DNA of 32,000 nt from Kineococcus radiotolerans SRS30216 = ATCC BAA-149 (GCF_000017305.1 NC_009664.2:4620001-4652000); one strand, 5' to 3'. Shown: positions 7,725-16,641, numbered from the stretch's first letter. Numbers and translations: made by a program. The notes: generated by a model not told the origin, from the sequence alone.

Positions 7725-8195
7725 ATGGATCGCATCAGGCGGCTACCGCGCGGGCCGGTCCTTGTGCGAGCTCTTGGGGTCGGGGTGGGCTGCCTGGTGG
7801 TCATGCTGATCAGCAACTATGTCACTGCGCGTCGAGACGTCGGCGGCGCCGACCTCGGGCTCTTCCTCATCCTCTGGACCGCTGTGGGCTGCCTCACCGC
7901 GGTGTGCGGAGCCTGGGACGGTCGTCGCAGCGCTCGGCGAGGCACACCTCGCGACCAGGGGCAGTGGACCTGGGGCGTTGCTGCGTTCTTGGGCACCCTC
8001 ATCGGGTCGTTGATGCACGCAGGCGACACCCTGCTCAGTGAGTCCATCGACCGGATGGACGCGTACACCGCCGCTGTCCTTCTCTTCGATTTCGTGTTGT
8101 TTCCGATCGGACTCGCCCCCTTCCTCGGCGTGGTGGCTATCGCGCCGTTCACGGTGGTCTACGACCGCGTCGCGCGCCGGGGCGTGCCGGGCTGA
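7725..8195 (+). CDS. Integral membrane protein
   Basis: ATG at 7725 follows GGAAGG. About 4 hydrophobic segments. The start could be as early as 7635. Confidence 0.55.
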   Translation: MDRIRRLPRGPVLVRALGVGVGCLVVMLISNYVTARRDVGGADLGLFLILWTAVGCLTAVCGAWDGRRSARRGTPRDQGQWTWGVAAFLGTLIGSLMHAGDTLLSESIDRMDAYTAAVLLFDFVLFPIGLAPFLGVVAIAPFTVVYDRVARRGVPG

Positions 8196-8235
8196 GGTGT
8201 GGTGCGGCGGTCTTGATCGCCGCGCTCAGCGTGCA

Positions 8236-8363
8236 TTCGGTCATCGGCAGGACCGCGCTGTCGCCGGCAGCTCAGGACAGCGCGCACAACGCGGGATGAC
8301 CGTGCGCCCGCTCACCGTGGGATGACCGTGACGTCACGTGCGGCGCGCTATGACCGTGACGTC
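8236..8363 (+). repeat. Cassette-boundary repeat 11 (subtype B with triple core)
   Basis: Sequence ttcggtcatcggcaggaccgcgctgtcgccggcagctcaggacagcgcgcacaacgcGGGATGACCgtgcgcccgctcaccgtGGGATGACCgtgacgtcacgtgcggcgcgctATGACCgtgacgtc. Cores at 8293, 8319 and 8350. Confidence 0.85.
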
Positions 8364-8372
8364 CCGCTGTGG

Positions 8373-10067
8373 TCACTGCTGAGTATGGTCTCCTGCCGAC
8401 AACCGACGGTGTACGTCCTCCAGGACGGTCCTCGGCTTCTCGTGCCCCAGGGACAAGGCGTCGACGGCTCCCATCACCGCCTCGGCGGGGTCGGGCAGCG
8501 CGGACTGCTGCAGCGCGTCCAGGGCGACCACCTCAGGGGCGTAGGGCTCGTGGACCTCCTCGTCGTCCCAGCTGATGTAGGAGCCGCTGTATTCGACCTG
8601 CTCCTCGTCCTCTTCGTCCCCCTCGTCGGCGGGGAACACCTTCGCCAGCACCTGGTCGGGGTCATTCCACAGCGGCGGCAGCGGCCCGCCGGCGGCGGCA
8701 GCGTGCAAGGCATCCTCGACCCAGTCCCGGCCGGCCAGCCCGGCGAGCGTGCACGCCTGACGGGCCGCCCACACCGCCACCGCGCGCTGCTCGCCGGCCG
8801 GCATGACCGCGAGGGCTTCGGCCAGTTCGCGGTGCCGTCGGCCCACGGACGACGCGCGGCCCCCGACGGCCAGCAACCGTGCGGAGGGCAGCTGCTCACC
8901 GTCCTGCACCCCCCATTCCCGGCACAGGTCGAAGTACTCCTCGGGGTCCATCCCCTCGGGCACCTTCTCGAGCGGGTCCGGTTCGGTGAACGGTGGCCGG
9001 TGGTCCGCGACGTGCCCGACGCCGAACCGCTCGGTCAGTTCTCGCCGCAGACGTGTCAGTTCCTCACGGACCTGCGCCAGGAAGGCGTCCGCGTGCTCCT
9101 GCCCGATCGCCTCGTGAACCTGCTTCAGGGTCGAGACGACCGCGTCCAGGGGGTCGGTGCTGGCCGCCTCCACGATGCTGGACACCGCGTACGCGGTCCG
9201 GCTGCGGGGGTAGCCGTTGACCGCGGACGCCTCACCGTCCGGATCCGGGAGGGAGTCGTCCAGGCGGGCGTACAGGGCGTCGGGGTCGTGGAACAGCGCC
9301 GGTAGCGACCGGTCCTCGCGCAGGCTATGCAGCACCGCGGCGATCCAGTCCACGCGGTCGACGCCGGTCCGGGTGCAGGCCCACTGCGCGGCCCAGTACG
9401 CCACGGCCCGCTGCACGCCGGGTTCGGCCGCTGCCAGGTCCTCAGCCAGGTCGCGGTCCAGCTCGACCAGCCAGGGCGCGTCGAACACGTCCAGCAGCCT
9501 CTGGCTCGGCAGCAGGGTCTCACCCCACGTCGCGGACGTTCGCGCGGCGCGGGCGAAGGCGGGGTCCTGCATCCGGTGGCGATAGCGGGCGGTTTCACTG
9601 CCGACGCGCACGATCGCGTCGGGGGCGGGGGGAGCGGGCCACAGGACCAGTTCGTAGTGGTCCACCAGCGGTTCGTCTGCCATGACGACGTCGGCGTCGC
9701 GGCCGGCGTCGATGCCCTGGGCGCTGAAGCGGGCGCGGTAGCTGGGCTGGTCCAGGTACAGGTCGCACACGGCGTCGGATAGGCACCCGGCCAGGACCGC
9801 CTCGGGCCACTGGGGGGTGAACGTCGTCTCGACGAGGTCCTCCCACTCCGGCCCGACCGGCGGTGGTTCGTCGCACAGCAGGACCCGGAGGCCGACGTCA
9901 CCGGTGTGGACACCGACCAGCAAGGTCAGGTGGCCCAGCAGCTGCCCGCCGGCCAGGCCGTTGACCTGACCGGCGAAAGCGGCTTCGTAGTCGTCGGGGA
10001 CGTCCCCGGCGGACAGGTACGCCTGGAAGTAGGAGACGGCCATCCGCCCCTCGTAGACCAACTGCAC
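8373..10067 (-). CDS. Large hypothetical protein with an internally duplicated helical module
   Basis: 564-aa GC3-rich ORF. Two similar modules contain LPSxRLL...QRAVAxWAAxxACT...DW...LH...LPxLxxDPD. The N-terminal 160 aa are a separate domain. No confident family. Confidence 0.7.
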   Translation of the reverse strand: MQLVYEGRMAVSYFQAYLSAGDVPDDYEAAFAGQVNGLAGGQLLGHLTLLVGVHTGDVGLRVLLCDEPPPVGPEWEDLVETTFTPQWPEAVLAGCLSDAVCDLYLDQPSYRARFSAQGIDAGRDADVVMADEPLVDHYELVLWPAPPAPDAIVRVGSETARYRHRMQDPAFARAARTSATWGETLLPSQRLLDVFDAPWLVELDRDLAEDLAAAEPGVQRAVAYWAAQWACTRTGVDRVDWIAAVLHSLREDRSLPALFHDPDALYARLDDSLPDPDGEASAVNGYPRSRTAYAVSSIVEAASTDPLDAVVSTLKQVHEAIGQEHADAFLAQVREELTRLRRELTERFGVGHVADHRPPFTEPDPLEKVPEGMDPEEYFDLCREWGVQDGEQLPSARLLAVGGRASSVGRRHRELAEALAVMPAGEQRAVAVWAARQACTLAGLAGRDWVEDALHAAAAGGPLPPLWNDPDQVLAKVFPADEGDEEDEEQVEYSGSYISWDDEEVHEPYAPEVVALDALQQSALPDPAEAVMGAVDALSLGHEKPRTVLEDVHRRLSAGDHTQQ

Positions 10068-10273
10068 GGAGAACCCCTCAGGACGACGACGCTCGGTGAT
10101 GACAGCCCGTACCGCCGGCGGAGTCGACGCCGGCTCGGGCGGTGCAGATGTTCCACCATGCCGTGGGGTGACGCGCCAGCGGATCGCCGAGCACCCCCGA
10201 AGGGAGCAGCGAGCCGGTGCTGGAAGCTCCGAACGGTGGTCGCAGCGTGATCGGCGCAGGCACTTGTTGCGCG

Positions 10274-10372
10274 CTCTTCGCCGAGATCGTGACGTCGCGG
10301 GACGCCGGCGACAGCGCGCACAACGCGGGATGACCGTGAGGTCGCGCGCAGCGCGGGCTGACCGTGACGTCG
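10274..10372 (+). repeat. Cassette-boundary repeat 12 (subtype B, doublet core)
   Basis: Left box gagatcgtgacgtc. Then gcgcgcacaacgcGGGATGACCgtgaggtcgcgcgcagcgcGGGCTGACCgtgacgtcg, cores at 10327 and 10355. Confidence 0.85.
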
Positions 10373-10461
10373 AGTCCTTGCCGTCACGGCCGCGGGCCGC
10401 AAGTCACCGTGGATCGACGACGCGGTGGACTTTTTCGCCCTGTCTCTGACTGACTGGTTCT

Positions 10462-11406
10462 GTGATCGACGAGGCCGACCCGGTGCCTGCGCAGCTGGGG
10501 GCTCTGGGCTACCCCGACGCGCACTGGCTAGCCGCGGGCATGGAGGCTGACGTGTACGCCCTCGACGAGCAGACCGTCGCCCGGCTACCTCGGGAGGCGG
10601 CCGCGGCTGGTGCTGGACCCGAGGAGCCCGTGGAGCGACTGCTTGAGCAGCTGAACGGGTGCTGGCTGCCGTTCGCTGTCCCTGCCCTGCTGGGCCGCCT
10701 CACCCTGCCCGATGGCCGCTGCCTGCTGCGTCAGCCGCGCCTGCGTGGCCGCAGCATCGGCGACTTCTACGACCCGGCCAGCGGGCACCTGGACCCCCGC
10801 GCCGAGCAGGCATTGATCGAGCTGCTGAGCGCGCTGCGCACCATCCCGCACCCGCAGCGGATCGAGATGCCTGACCTGCCGATCCTGGGCGACTCGACGG
10901 TGACCACGGCTCAGCCGTGGGCGGCGGCCTTGCAACGGCTGCTGGAGGACCGCACCCGTCGCTTTGGGGGCCTGCTGCAGGCGCACGTTGATCGCCTGGA
11001 CGACTTGGTGGAGTCCTGCGACGCCTTCTTGGTCAGTCGCCGTGACGTGGCGGTCACGTTGCAGCACGGAGACATCTGCCCGGAGAACGTGCTGGTCGAC
11101 GACGACTGCCGGCTGACCGCGGTCCTGGACTGGGGATTCCTGACCATGCTGGCCGACCCGGTGCTGGAGATCGCACTGACGGCGGGGTTCTTCGACATGT
11201 ACGGCCCGCACGCCTTGCGCACGGATCGGCGGCTGAGCGATCTGTTCGTCGAGGCGTTCGACGTCGAGCGCGCGGACATCCTGCGGTTCAAGGCGGTGTA
11301 CGCCCTCATCGGCGCGAACGCTTACAGCGGCACCGCCGACGGGCACTTCCAGTGGTGCGCTGCGGTGCTGCGGCGGCCCGACGTCCGCTCCGCCGTCCTG
11401 CTGTAG
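10462..11406 (+). CDS. Aminoglycoside/choline-kinase-type phosphotransferase (APH family)
   Basis: GTG at 10462. Catalytic loop LQHGDICPENVLVD and DWGF (Brenner and DFG-like motifs). Confidence 0.75.
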   Translation: MIDEADPVPAQLGALGYPDAHWLAAGMEADVYALDEQTVARLPREAAAAGAGPEEPVERLLEQLNGCWLPFAVPALLGRLTLPDGRCLLRQPRLRGRSIGDFYDPASGHLDPRAEQALIELLSALRTIPHPQRIEMPDLPILGDSTVTTAQPWAAALQRLLEDRTRRFGGLLQAHVDRLDDLVESCDAFLVSRRDVAVTLQHGDICPENVLVDDDCRLTAVLDWGFLTMLADPVLEIALTAGFFDMYGPHALRTDRRLSDLFVEAFDVERADILRFKAVYALIGANAYSGTADGHFQWCAAVLRRPDVRSAVLL

Positions 11407-11427
11407 GCCGCCAACCCGGCATCAGCT

Positions 11428-11545
11428 GGTCGCTCGGTCATCGGCATTATGCGGGTGATCGTCGCGCTCAGCTTGACCTCGCTCATCGGCAGGACCGCGA
11501 TGTCGCTAGGGCAGTCGGGACCGCCCGTATCGCGGGATGACCGGA
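11428..11545 (+). repeat. Cassette-boundary repeat 13 (compact degenerate unit plus full subtype C unit)
   Basis: First unit gtcgctcggtcatcggcattatgcgggtgatcgtcgcg. Second unit cctcgctcatcggcaggaccgcgatgtcgctagggcagtcgggaccgcccgtatcgcGGGATGACCgg, core at 11534-11542. Confidence 0.8.
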
Positions 11546-11555
11546 TGCTCCCCGC

Positions 11556-12110
11556 TCAGCGGGATCGCTCGTGCATGAGCTGGCCGTCTTGGCGCAGGAG
11601 CGGGAGCCAGGTGCTGAGGGAGCGGCCGAGGCTGTCGATCAACCGCGGGCCGATGACGCACAGGCTCTTCTCCCAGGGGTGCCCGAAGGTGCCTTCGGTG
11701 AGGTCGGGGGTGAAGAAGGCGCAGTAGTCACCGTCGGGGTAGACCGGCACCTGCCAGTGGGTGGGGTCGGTGAGGGCCTGTTGGTGGGGTCGCAGGATGT
11801 GGGTGGGGTGCTGCCAGTCCAGGACGAGGAGCTCGTCGACGTCGTGCAGGGCCCAGAGGAAGCAGCGCAGGGCTTCGGCGTTGATGGCGTCGTAGGCCGC
11901 TGCTCGCTGCGCGCCGTCGTTGATGGCGGTGAGGTCGAAGGTCAGGGAGGGGGTGGGCTCGTGGATGGCCGGCCAGTCCTCGGGGTGGGGTGAGGCGCGG
12001 AAGTGGTAGCGGGCGTGGAAGGCGGCCCATGCCTGCTGGTGGTCGGTGTGGGTCAGTTCGGTCCAGGCTTGCTGGGTGGGGGCGGGTGGCTCTGCTGGTA
12101 GGTCGGACAC
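11556..12110 (-). CDS. DUF2716-like hypothetical protein
   Basis: 184 aa. The segment WQVPVYPDGDYCAFFTPDLTEGTFGHPWEKSLCVIGPRL matches the remembered DUF2716 signature. Confidence 0.65.
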   Translation of the reverse strand: MSDLPAEPPAPTQQAWTELTHTDHQQAWAAFHARYHFRASPHPEDWPAIHEPTPSLTFDLTAINDGAQRAAAYDAINAEALRCFLWALHDVDELLVLDWQHPTHILRPHQQALTDPTHWQVPVYPDGDYCAFFTPDLTEGTFGHPWEKSLCVIGPRLIDSLGRSLSTWLPLLRQDGQLMHERSR

Positions 12111-12164
12111 CGCTGCAGGTTAGTGATGTGTCGTTTCAGGACCCCTGCGGTGATCTTTCGCTTT

Positions 12165-12228
12165 CAGCGAGACCATGACGTCGCGAGCCGCACGCGACAA
12201 CGCACAACGCACAACGCGGGATGACCGG
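12165..12228 (+). repeat. Cassette-boundary repeat 14 (subtype B)
   Basis: Left box gagaccatgacgtc. Then cgcgacaacgcacaacgcacaacgcGGGATGACCgg, core at 12218-12226. The gcacaac unit is repeated. Confidence 0.8.
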
Positions 12229-12297
12229 ACATTCCCCGTGCTGGTCCAGGCGCCGCTTCCCCAGCCGGAGGACGGCTGCCACGGTGGAGGGGTGAGC

Positions 12298-12969
12298 GTG
12301 CACAGCGAGGACTCCTTCCGATCCCGGCCTTTGAACGGCCTCCCGCTGCCGGCCTCGACCGCGGCCGCCGTGGAGTCGTTGCTGTCTCCGCGCGGGCGTC
12401 CTACCCGAGGTCCGGGCGAGCGGGGCCGGCTGGGGCACTTCGAGCCGATCCCGGAAGAAGCCGCAGCTGAGTGGCTGGGCTTCGCCCCGCCCACCTTGCC
12501 CAGCCTGAGCGGGTCCGGGTTCCGTCGGCACTTCGCACGCCAAGGTGGGCGCGACCTCGTCGCGCGGGCGGACCTGACTCGTGGCGAGAGTGCCGCGGTC
12601 TACGTCTTCTACTTGCCGGCGGGCTCGGCGTGGCGGGAGGAGACGAGGTTCGCCGAAGCACGCCGGGAGGGTCTGACGTTCTTGTGGCTGCGGGCGGGGT
12701 ACGGGGTGCCCTGGCCTGAGGAGGAAGGAGGACCGGTGGGAGTGGAGGAGACCGCGACCATTGGTCGTGACCCTGCCAGTGGTGACTTCCTCACGCTGAC
12801 GGTGGGCAGCACCCGGGTCGGGGTCCAGTACCAGCGAGGGGTGACTCGCCTGGCGTGGTCGTACCGTTCCCAGGACGCCGACTTCAACGTCACGGTGATG
12901 AGTGGGCGCTCACCGCGGGCGTCGGTGGAGATGCTGGTGAGCGACCGCGGCGCGCTCTACCTGGGCTGA
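12298..12969 (+). CDS. Hypothetical protein (duplicated cassette, copy B)
   Basis: Paralog of 1030-1701 with a GTG start where copy A has ATG. Only 3 other amino-acid differences appear in the ORF-track translations. Confidence 0.6.
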   Translation: MHSEDSFRSRPLNGLPLPASTAAAVESLLSPRGRPTRGPGERGRLGHFEPIPEEAAAEWLGFAPPTLPSLSGSGFRRHFARQGGRDLVARADLTRGESAAVYVFYLPAGSAWREETRFAEARREGLTFLWLRAGYGVPWPEEEGGPVGVEETATIGRDPASGDFLTLTVGSTRVGVQYQRGVTRLAWSYRSQDADFNVTVMSGRSPRASVEMLVSDRGALYLG

Positions 12970-12993
12970 GACATGCTCCCTGCGTGAGGAGCT

Positions 12994-13042
12994 GTCGCAT
13001 CACCGGTCACCGGAACCCGCCCGAATTGCGGGATGACCGTGA
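12994..13042 (+). repeat. Cassette-boundary repeat 15 (subtype C-like, twin of repeat 3)
   Basis: Sequence gtcgcatcaccggtcaccggaacccgcccgaattgcGGGATGACCgtga, core at 13030-13038. Confidence 0.8.
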
Positions 13043-13082
13043 GGTCCGGCCCGGCTGCACCGGCGTGAGAGAGCATCGAGAC

Positions 13083-13301
13083 ATGGCGGCTTCAGGCCCA
13101 GGAGGACAGGCTCCGCGCAAGCTGCGCGCGGGGGACCGAGTACGGCTGAGAACGGTGGACGAGGAGCGTCGCCTGAACGGTCTGACGACGGACGCGGTGG
13201 GCGTGATCGACATGGAGCTGGCTGTCGGCGGCTGCCTCGTGGGCTTCCCCGATGCTGGCTTGAACGTCTTCGGTCAAGACGAGCTCGACCTCGTCGAGTG
13301 A
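13083..13301 (+). CDS. Small hypothetical protein (72 aa)
   Basis: ATG at 13083. GC3-rich. It fills its cassette exactly. No family recognised. Confidence 0.45.
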   Translation: MAASGPGGQAPRKLRAGDRVRLRTVDEERRLNGLTTDAVGVIDMELAVGGCLVGFPDAGLNVFGQDELDLVE

Positions 13302-13311
13302 TGCATCTCGC

Positions 13312-13387
13312 CGACCTCGCTCGTCGGCATGTCAGGCCATCCGAGGCCGGTCACGATCGCGCACTGAGCGCGGGATGACCGTGAAGT
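13312..13387 (+). repeat. Cassette-boundary repeat 16 (subtype A, full length)
   Basis: Sequence cgacctcgctcgtcggcatgtcaggccatccgaggccggtcacgatcgcgcactgagcgcGGGATGACCgtgaagt, core at 13372-13380. Confidence 0.85.
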
Positions 13388-13437
13388 TGACTCCGGATCC
13401 TCGGTGCCGTGGGACAGCGCAGCTGCCAATGGGGCCC

Positions 13438-14718
13438 TCAGGTAGCCGGGGTGCTCGGGGGCGCCGGTGGTGTCCAACGACGCAAGGCGGGGGTTGTGGC
13501 CGCGATCACCGCGACGGCAAGGACGCACGCCAGGCCACCGGTCAGTGAGGACACCGCGGTCGAGGTGACGCCGGCGACGGCGCCGGCTCGTGCGTTGCCT
13601 AGACCAGGACCGGCGACCCCGACGGTGCCTTCTGCGGCGCTGACCCGCCCAAGGAACGCGTCCGGGGTCGACAGCTGCACGATGGTGCCGCGGGAGATGA
13701 CCGCCACCGTGTCCGCCGCGCCGGCGACGGCCAAGCAGGCCAGTGTCGCGGGGAGGGAGTCCACCAGGGCGAAGGTGGTCAGGGACGTGCCCCAGGTGGC
13801 GGCGGCGATCAGCATCACACGCCCGGTACGCCGGGCGCGGGTCAACGTGCCGGAGGTGAACCCCGCGAGCAGGCCGCCGACGGCGATGGCGGAGAGGAAC
13901 AGGCCTAGCGTGGCTTCCTCGCCGTCGAAGCGTTGCGCGTTGATGGCGGGGAACAGCGCAATTGGCATGGCCAGCACGGTGGCGGCGAGGTCGGTGGCCA
14001 GGCAGCCGCGCAGGACAGGACGGCGCAGCAGGTACCTCCACCCCTCCCAGGTGGCGCGTACCGCGGGCAGCCCACCTCTCGCCGCCCGAGCGGTACCTGT
14101 GTCTGCGAGGGATTGTGGGCGTATGGCAGGCAGGCGCAGCACCCCGTACAGCGACACGGTGAGGCCCACGGCGTCGGTGAGGTAGGCGGCGCGCAGTCCA
14201 CCGGCGGCGAGGACGACGCCGGCAACGGCGGGGCCGGTGAGCATGGCGATCTGAAAACCAATGTGGTTCAGCGCCACTCCCGCCCGCACCAGGTCCGAGG
14301 GCAGCAGTCGGGAGATGAACGTGCGCCGAGCTGCTGCGCCCACAGCGGCCGCGGAGGTCTGAGCGGCGACCAGGACTAGCACCAGCAGCACCGTGGCGGC
14401 TCCAGCCACCGCCTGCAGCGCCAAGCTGAGGGCAGCCAGCACCGAGACGGTTGTGGTCACCAAGACCAGGCGGCGCCGGTCAAGGGTGTCGGCCAGGGTG
14501 CCACCGACGATGCCGCCCACGATGGTCGGGACGGCGGTGGCGATGCCGATCGCGCCCGTCCACACTGTGCTTCCGGTGAGGTTCCACACCTGGTAGAGCA
14601 CGGCGACGACGGCGACCTGGCCGCCGAACGCTGCTGCGGTGGTGCCGATCCACAACCGCCGGAAGGCGGGCGAGGACCGGAGGGGGCGGGTGTCGACGAA
14701 ACGGTCCAGCGACCTCAC
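13438..14718 (-). CDS. MFS transporter (EntS/drug-efflux-like)
   Basis: About 12 hydrophobic helices. The N-terminus VRSLDRFVDTRPLRSSPAFRRLWIG is typical of MFS proteins. The GTG start overlaps the MarR stop (GTGA at 14715-14718). Confidence 0.8.
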   Translation of the reverse strand: MRSLDRFVDTRPLRSSPAFRRLWIGTTAAAFGGQVAVVAVLYQVWNLTGSTVWTGAIGIATAVPTIVGGIVGGTLADTLDRRRLVLVTTTVSVLAALSLALQAVAGAATVLLVLVLVAAQTSAAAVGAAARRTFISRLLPSDLVRAGVALNHIGFQIAMLTGPAVAGVVLAAGGLRAAYLTDAVGLTVSLYGVLRLPAIRPQSLADTGTARAARGGLPAVRATWEGWRYLLRRPVLRGCLATDLAATVLAMPIALFPAINAQRFDGEEATLGLFLSAIAVGGLLAGFTSGTLTRARRTGRVMLIAAATWGTSLTTFALVDSLPATLACLAVAGAADTVAVISRGTIVQLSTPDAFLGRVSAAEGTVGVAGPGLGNARAGAVAGVTSTAVSSLTGGLACVLAVAVIAATTPALRRWTPPAPPSTPAT

Positions 14719-15254
14719 CGCTGTTCGCTGCCCTGGCCGTTGTCTTGGTCGTTGGCCGCTAGGAGGGCGTCGATGTGGGCGGTGACGCGTTCGGCGAAGG
14801 ACCGCTCGCGCAGGGCCGCGCCCAGGTCCTCCACGACCTGCTGCAGCCCGCGGGGGACTTCGGCGTCCAGTTCCGCCCAGGCGGCTTCGGTGGCGCGCCA
14901 CTCCGCCTCCAGGAACGGTACGAGGGCAGCGCCTGCGTCGGTCAGCGTCACCGTGCGGGTGCGGGCGTCGTCACCGGCGGTGCTGTTGGTGAGGCCGGCG
15001 TGGCGCATGGCGGTCACGGTCTGGCTCATGGCCGAGTGCGTCACCCCGACCTGCTGGGCGAGTGCCTTGATGCTCAGGGGTCCGCGGTGGTGTAGGCGGA
15101 TGAGGGCCTTGCTAAACCGTGGTCGTACCCCGTCGATGCCGTGCTGGGTGTAGACGGCGGCGATCTGGTCGTCCATCCCGGCGAGCAGGTCCTGCAGTGG
15201 GCGCAGCCTGTTCAGTTCGGTGGGGTCACCGTTACGGATCTCATCGGATGTCAC
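14715..15254 (-). CDS. MarR-family transcriptional regulator
   Basis: Winged-HTH segment LIRLHHRGPLSIKALAQQVGVTHSAMSQTVTAMRHAGL. GTG at 15254 is preferred because 15255-15290 is low-GC and looks non-coding. Translationally coupled to the MFS gene. Confidence 0.8.
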   Translation of the reverse strand: MTSDEIRNGDPTELNRLRPLQDLLAGMDDQIAAVYTQHGIDGVRPRFSKALIRLHHRGPLSIKALAQQVGVTHSAMSQTVTAMRHAGLTNSTAGDDARTRTVTLTDAGAALVPFLEAEWRATEAAWAELDAEVPRGLQQVVEDLGAALRERSFAERVTAHIDALLAANDQDNGQGSEQR

Positions 15255-15283
15255 AGCGCTAACGTAACAGTCCTCATGTGAAA

Positions 15284-15365
15284 TGGTCACGTCCCGCTCA
15301 TCGGCATGTCCACGAAGTCGTCAGCCGCCGCACGCCGCCCGGATCGTGGGATGATCGGGAAGTTG
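15284..15365 (+). repeat. Cassette-boundary repeat 17 (variant core)
   Basis: Sequence tggtcacgtcccgctcatcggcatgtccacgaagtcg...cgccgcccggatcgtGGGATGATCgggaagttg, core at 15348-15356. Confidence 0.7.
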
Positions 15366-15487
15366 ATCGTGACCGCGGGGCCGCTGCCGTCGTTGCGTCA
15401 CCCGGCCGACGCCACCGCCACCTCGCCCCCGCCGCAGGCAGCCCCGTGGGCAACAAGGCTGCACCCGTCTCGCTGATTCTGGCTGTG

Positions 15488-16267
15488 TCAGGTGCGGTGA
15501 CGGCCGCGATAGCTTGTCGGCCAGTCCGTGCGCCTGCCGGCGCGGCGAGCCGCCGGCTTGAGCTGCCTCCACCAGTCACCGCGACGGGTGGAGGCGCGAC
15601 GCTCGGCTTTGCGCTTCCTGGCAGCTGCCCGCTCAAGGGCTTCCTGCTGCTTGAGGGCGTGCGAGGCCGCGTCCTCGACCGCAGAGCGGAAGCCCCGGCG
15701 CAGGTCCAGGACGATCCAGCCCGTCAACGTCAGCGCCGCCGCGGACCCTACGAGGGTGAAGACCAGGCCCAGCGGCCGGTCGGTGTAGCCGGCCAGGCGC
15801 ACGTTGGTGACGTCGTGAGGGTCGTAGGTGACCTGCACCACCTGCCCGACACGCAAGTGCTCCGTACGTGGCGGGCAGTCCAGGAAGAGCAGGTCACCGA
15901 CGTCGGCGCGCACGTCGAAGGACGCGGACCGGCCGTCCAGAGGGCCGCACGTGACGTCGGTGACCACCGCGGAGGTCGTCACTCCCCGCTGGCGGAGGTC
16001 CTCGTCCAGGCTCAGGGTCAGCGTGCCTGTGCCGATGCCCAGGATCACCGTCGCCACCAGCCACAGCACGAGGCCCTTGGCGTAGAGCATCCGCGGGATG
16101 CGTGGCACGTGTGTCCTGGGTGAGACGCCGGTGGTGCGCTGAGCGCGTTCTGCTGCCGCAGGATCAGCAGTGTCTGCCGCAGGACCAGCCGTGTCTGCCG
16201 CAGGACCAGCCGTGTCTGCCGCAGGATCAGCCATGTTGGTGTCCACCCTGGTCTGCGTGACCTCCAC
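15488..16267 (-). CDS. Membrane protein (DUF3592-like two-TM architecture by recall)
   Basis: TM helix, a beta-rich domain (TSAVVTDVTCGP...VQVTYDPHDV), a second TM helix, then a Lys/Arg-rich tail. The start is ambiguous (16267, 16234 or 16090). The N-terminal extension has poor GC3. Confidence 0.55.
   Translation of the reverse strand: MEVTQTRVDTNMADPAADTAGPAADTAGPAADTADPAAAERAQRTTGVSPRTHVPRIPRMLYAKGLVLWLVATVILGIGTGTLTLSLDEDLRQRGVTTSAVVTDVTCGPLDGRSASFDVRADVGDLLFLDCPPRTEHLRVGQVVQVTYDPHDVTNVRLAGYTDRPLGLVFTLVGSAAALTLTGWIVLDLRRGFRSAVEDAASHALKQQEALERAAARKRKAERRASTRRGDWWRQLKPAARRAGRRTDWPTSYRGRHRT
16150..16233. repeat. About 4 x 21-bp tandem repeat
   Basis: Units tgtctgccgcaggaccagccg. If translated on the - strand they give ADTAGPA heptads. 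Third-position GC is atypically low, so the repeat may be non-coding. Confidence 0.75.
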
Positions 16268-16435
16268 CTCGGTCGGTGCAGCACCTGTCGCAGGCTCAGG
16301 TGCGCCGTGAGCGGTCCCATGATCTCACCGCGGGCCGCTGGCTGGGGTGGTGATGGGCCCGAACGGGCGACGTCGGTGGAGGCTCTCGTCGTCCTCGACC
16401 ATGATCACGACTGGAGGGGTGCCGTGGTCGGGTGT

Positions 16436-16510
16436 CCCGCACGGCGGGATGACCGGACGCGCCGCGGAGCGCCATGACCGGACGCGCCGCGGAGCGCCAT
16501 GACCGGACGA
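16436..16510 (+). repeat. Cassette-boundary repeat 18 with a 25-bp tandem array seeded by the core
   Basis: Sequence gcGGGATGACCggacgcgccgcggagcgccATGACCggacgcgccgcggagcgccATGACCggacga. Core at 16446-16454. The 25-bp unit occurs about 2.5 times over 16449-16510. Confidence 0.8.
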
Positions 16511-16641
16511 GGCGTCAGCACCTGCAGCCGCTCCGGGCGGCTGCGGTACAGCGCCTGTTACAGCAGTGATCAGTGCAGGGTGCGGTAAGAAGGGAGGGGC
16601 GTGCAGAGCGCCCCGTACCGAGGACAGGAGTGCTGGCGACG

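Noticed and set aside
16092-16105. Core-like cgcgggatgcgtgg inside or just upstream of the 15488-16267 gene
   Set aside because: It lacks the AC of ATGACC and has no left or central block. It may be coincidence, although it would become intergenic if the true start is the ATG at 16090.
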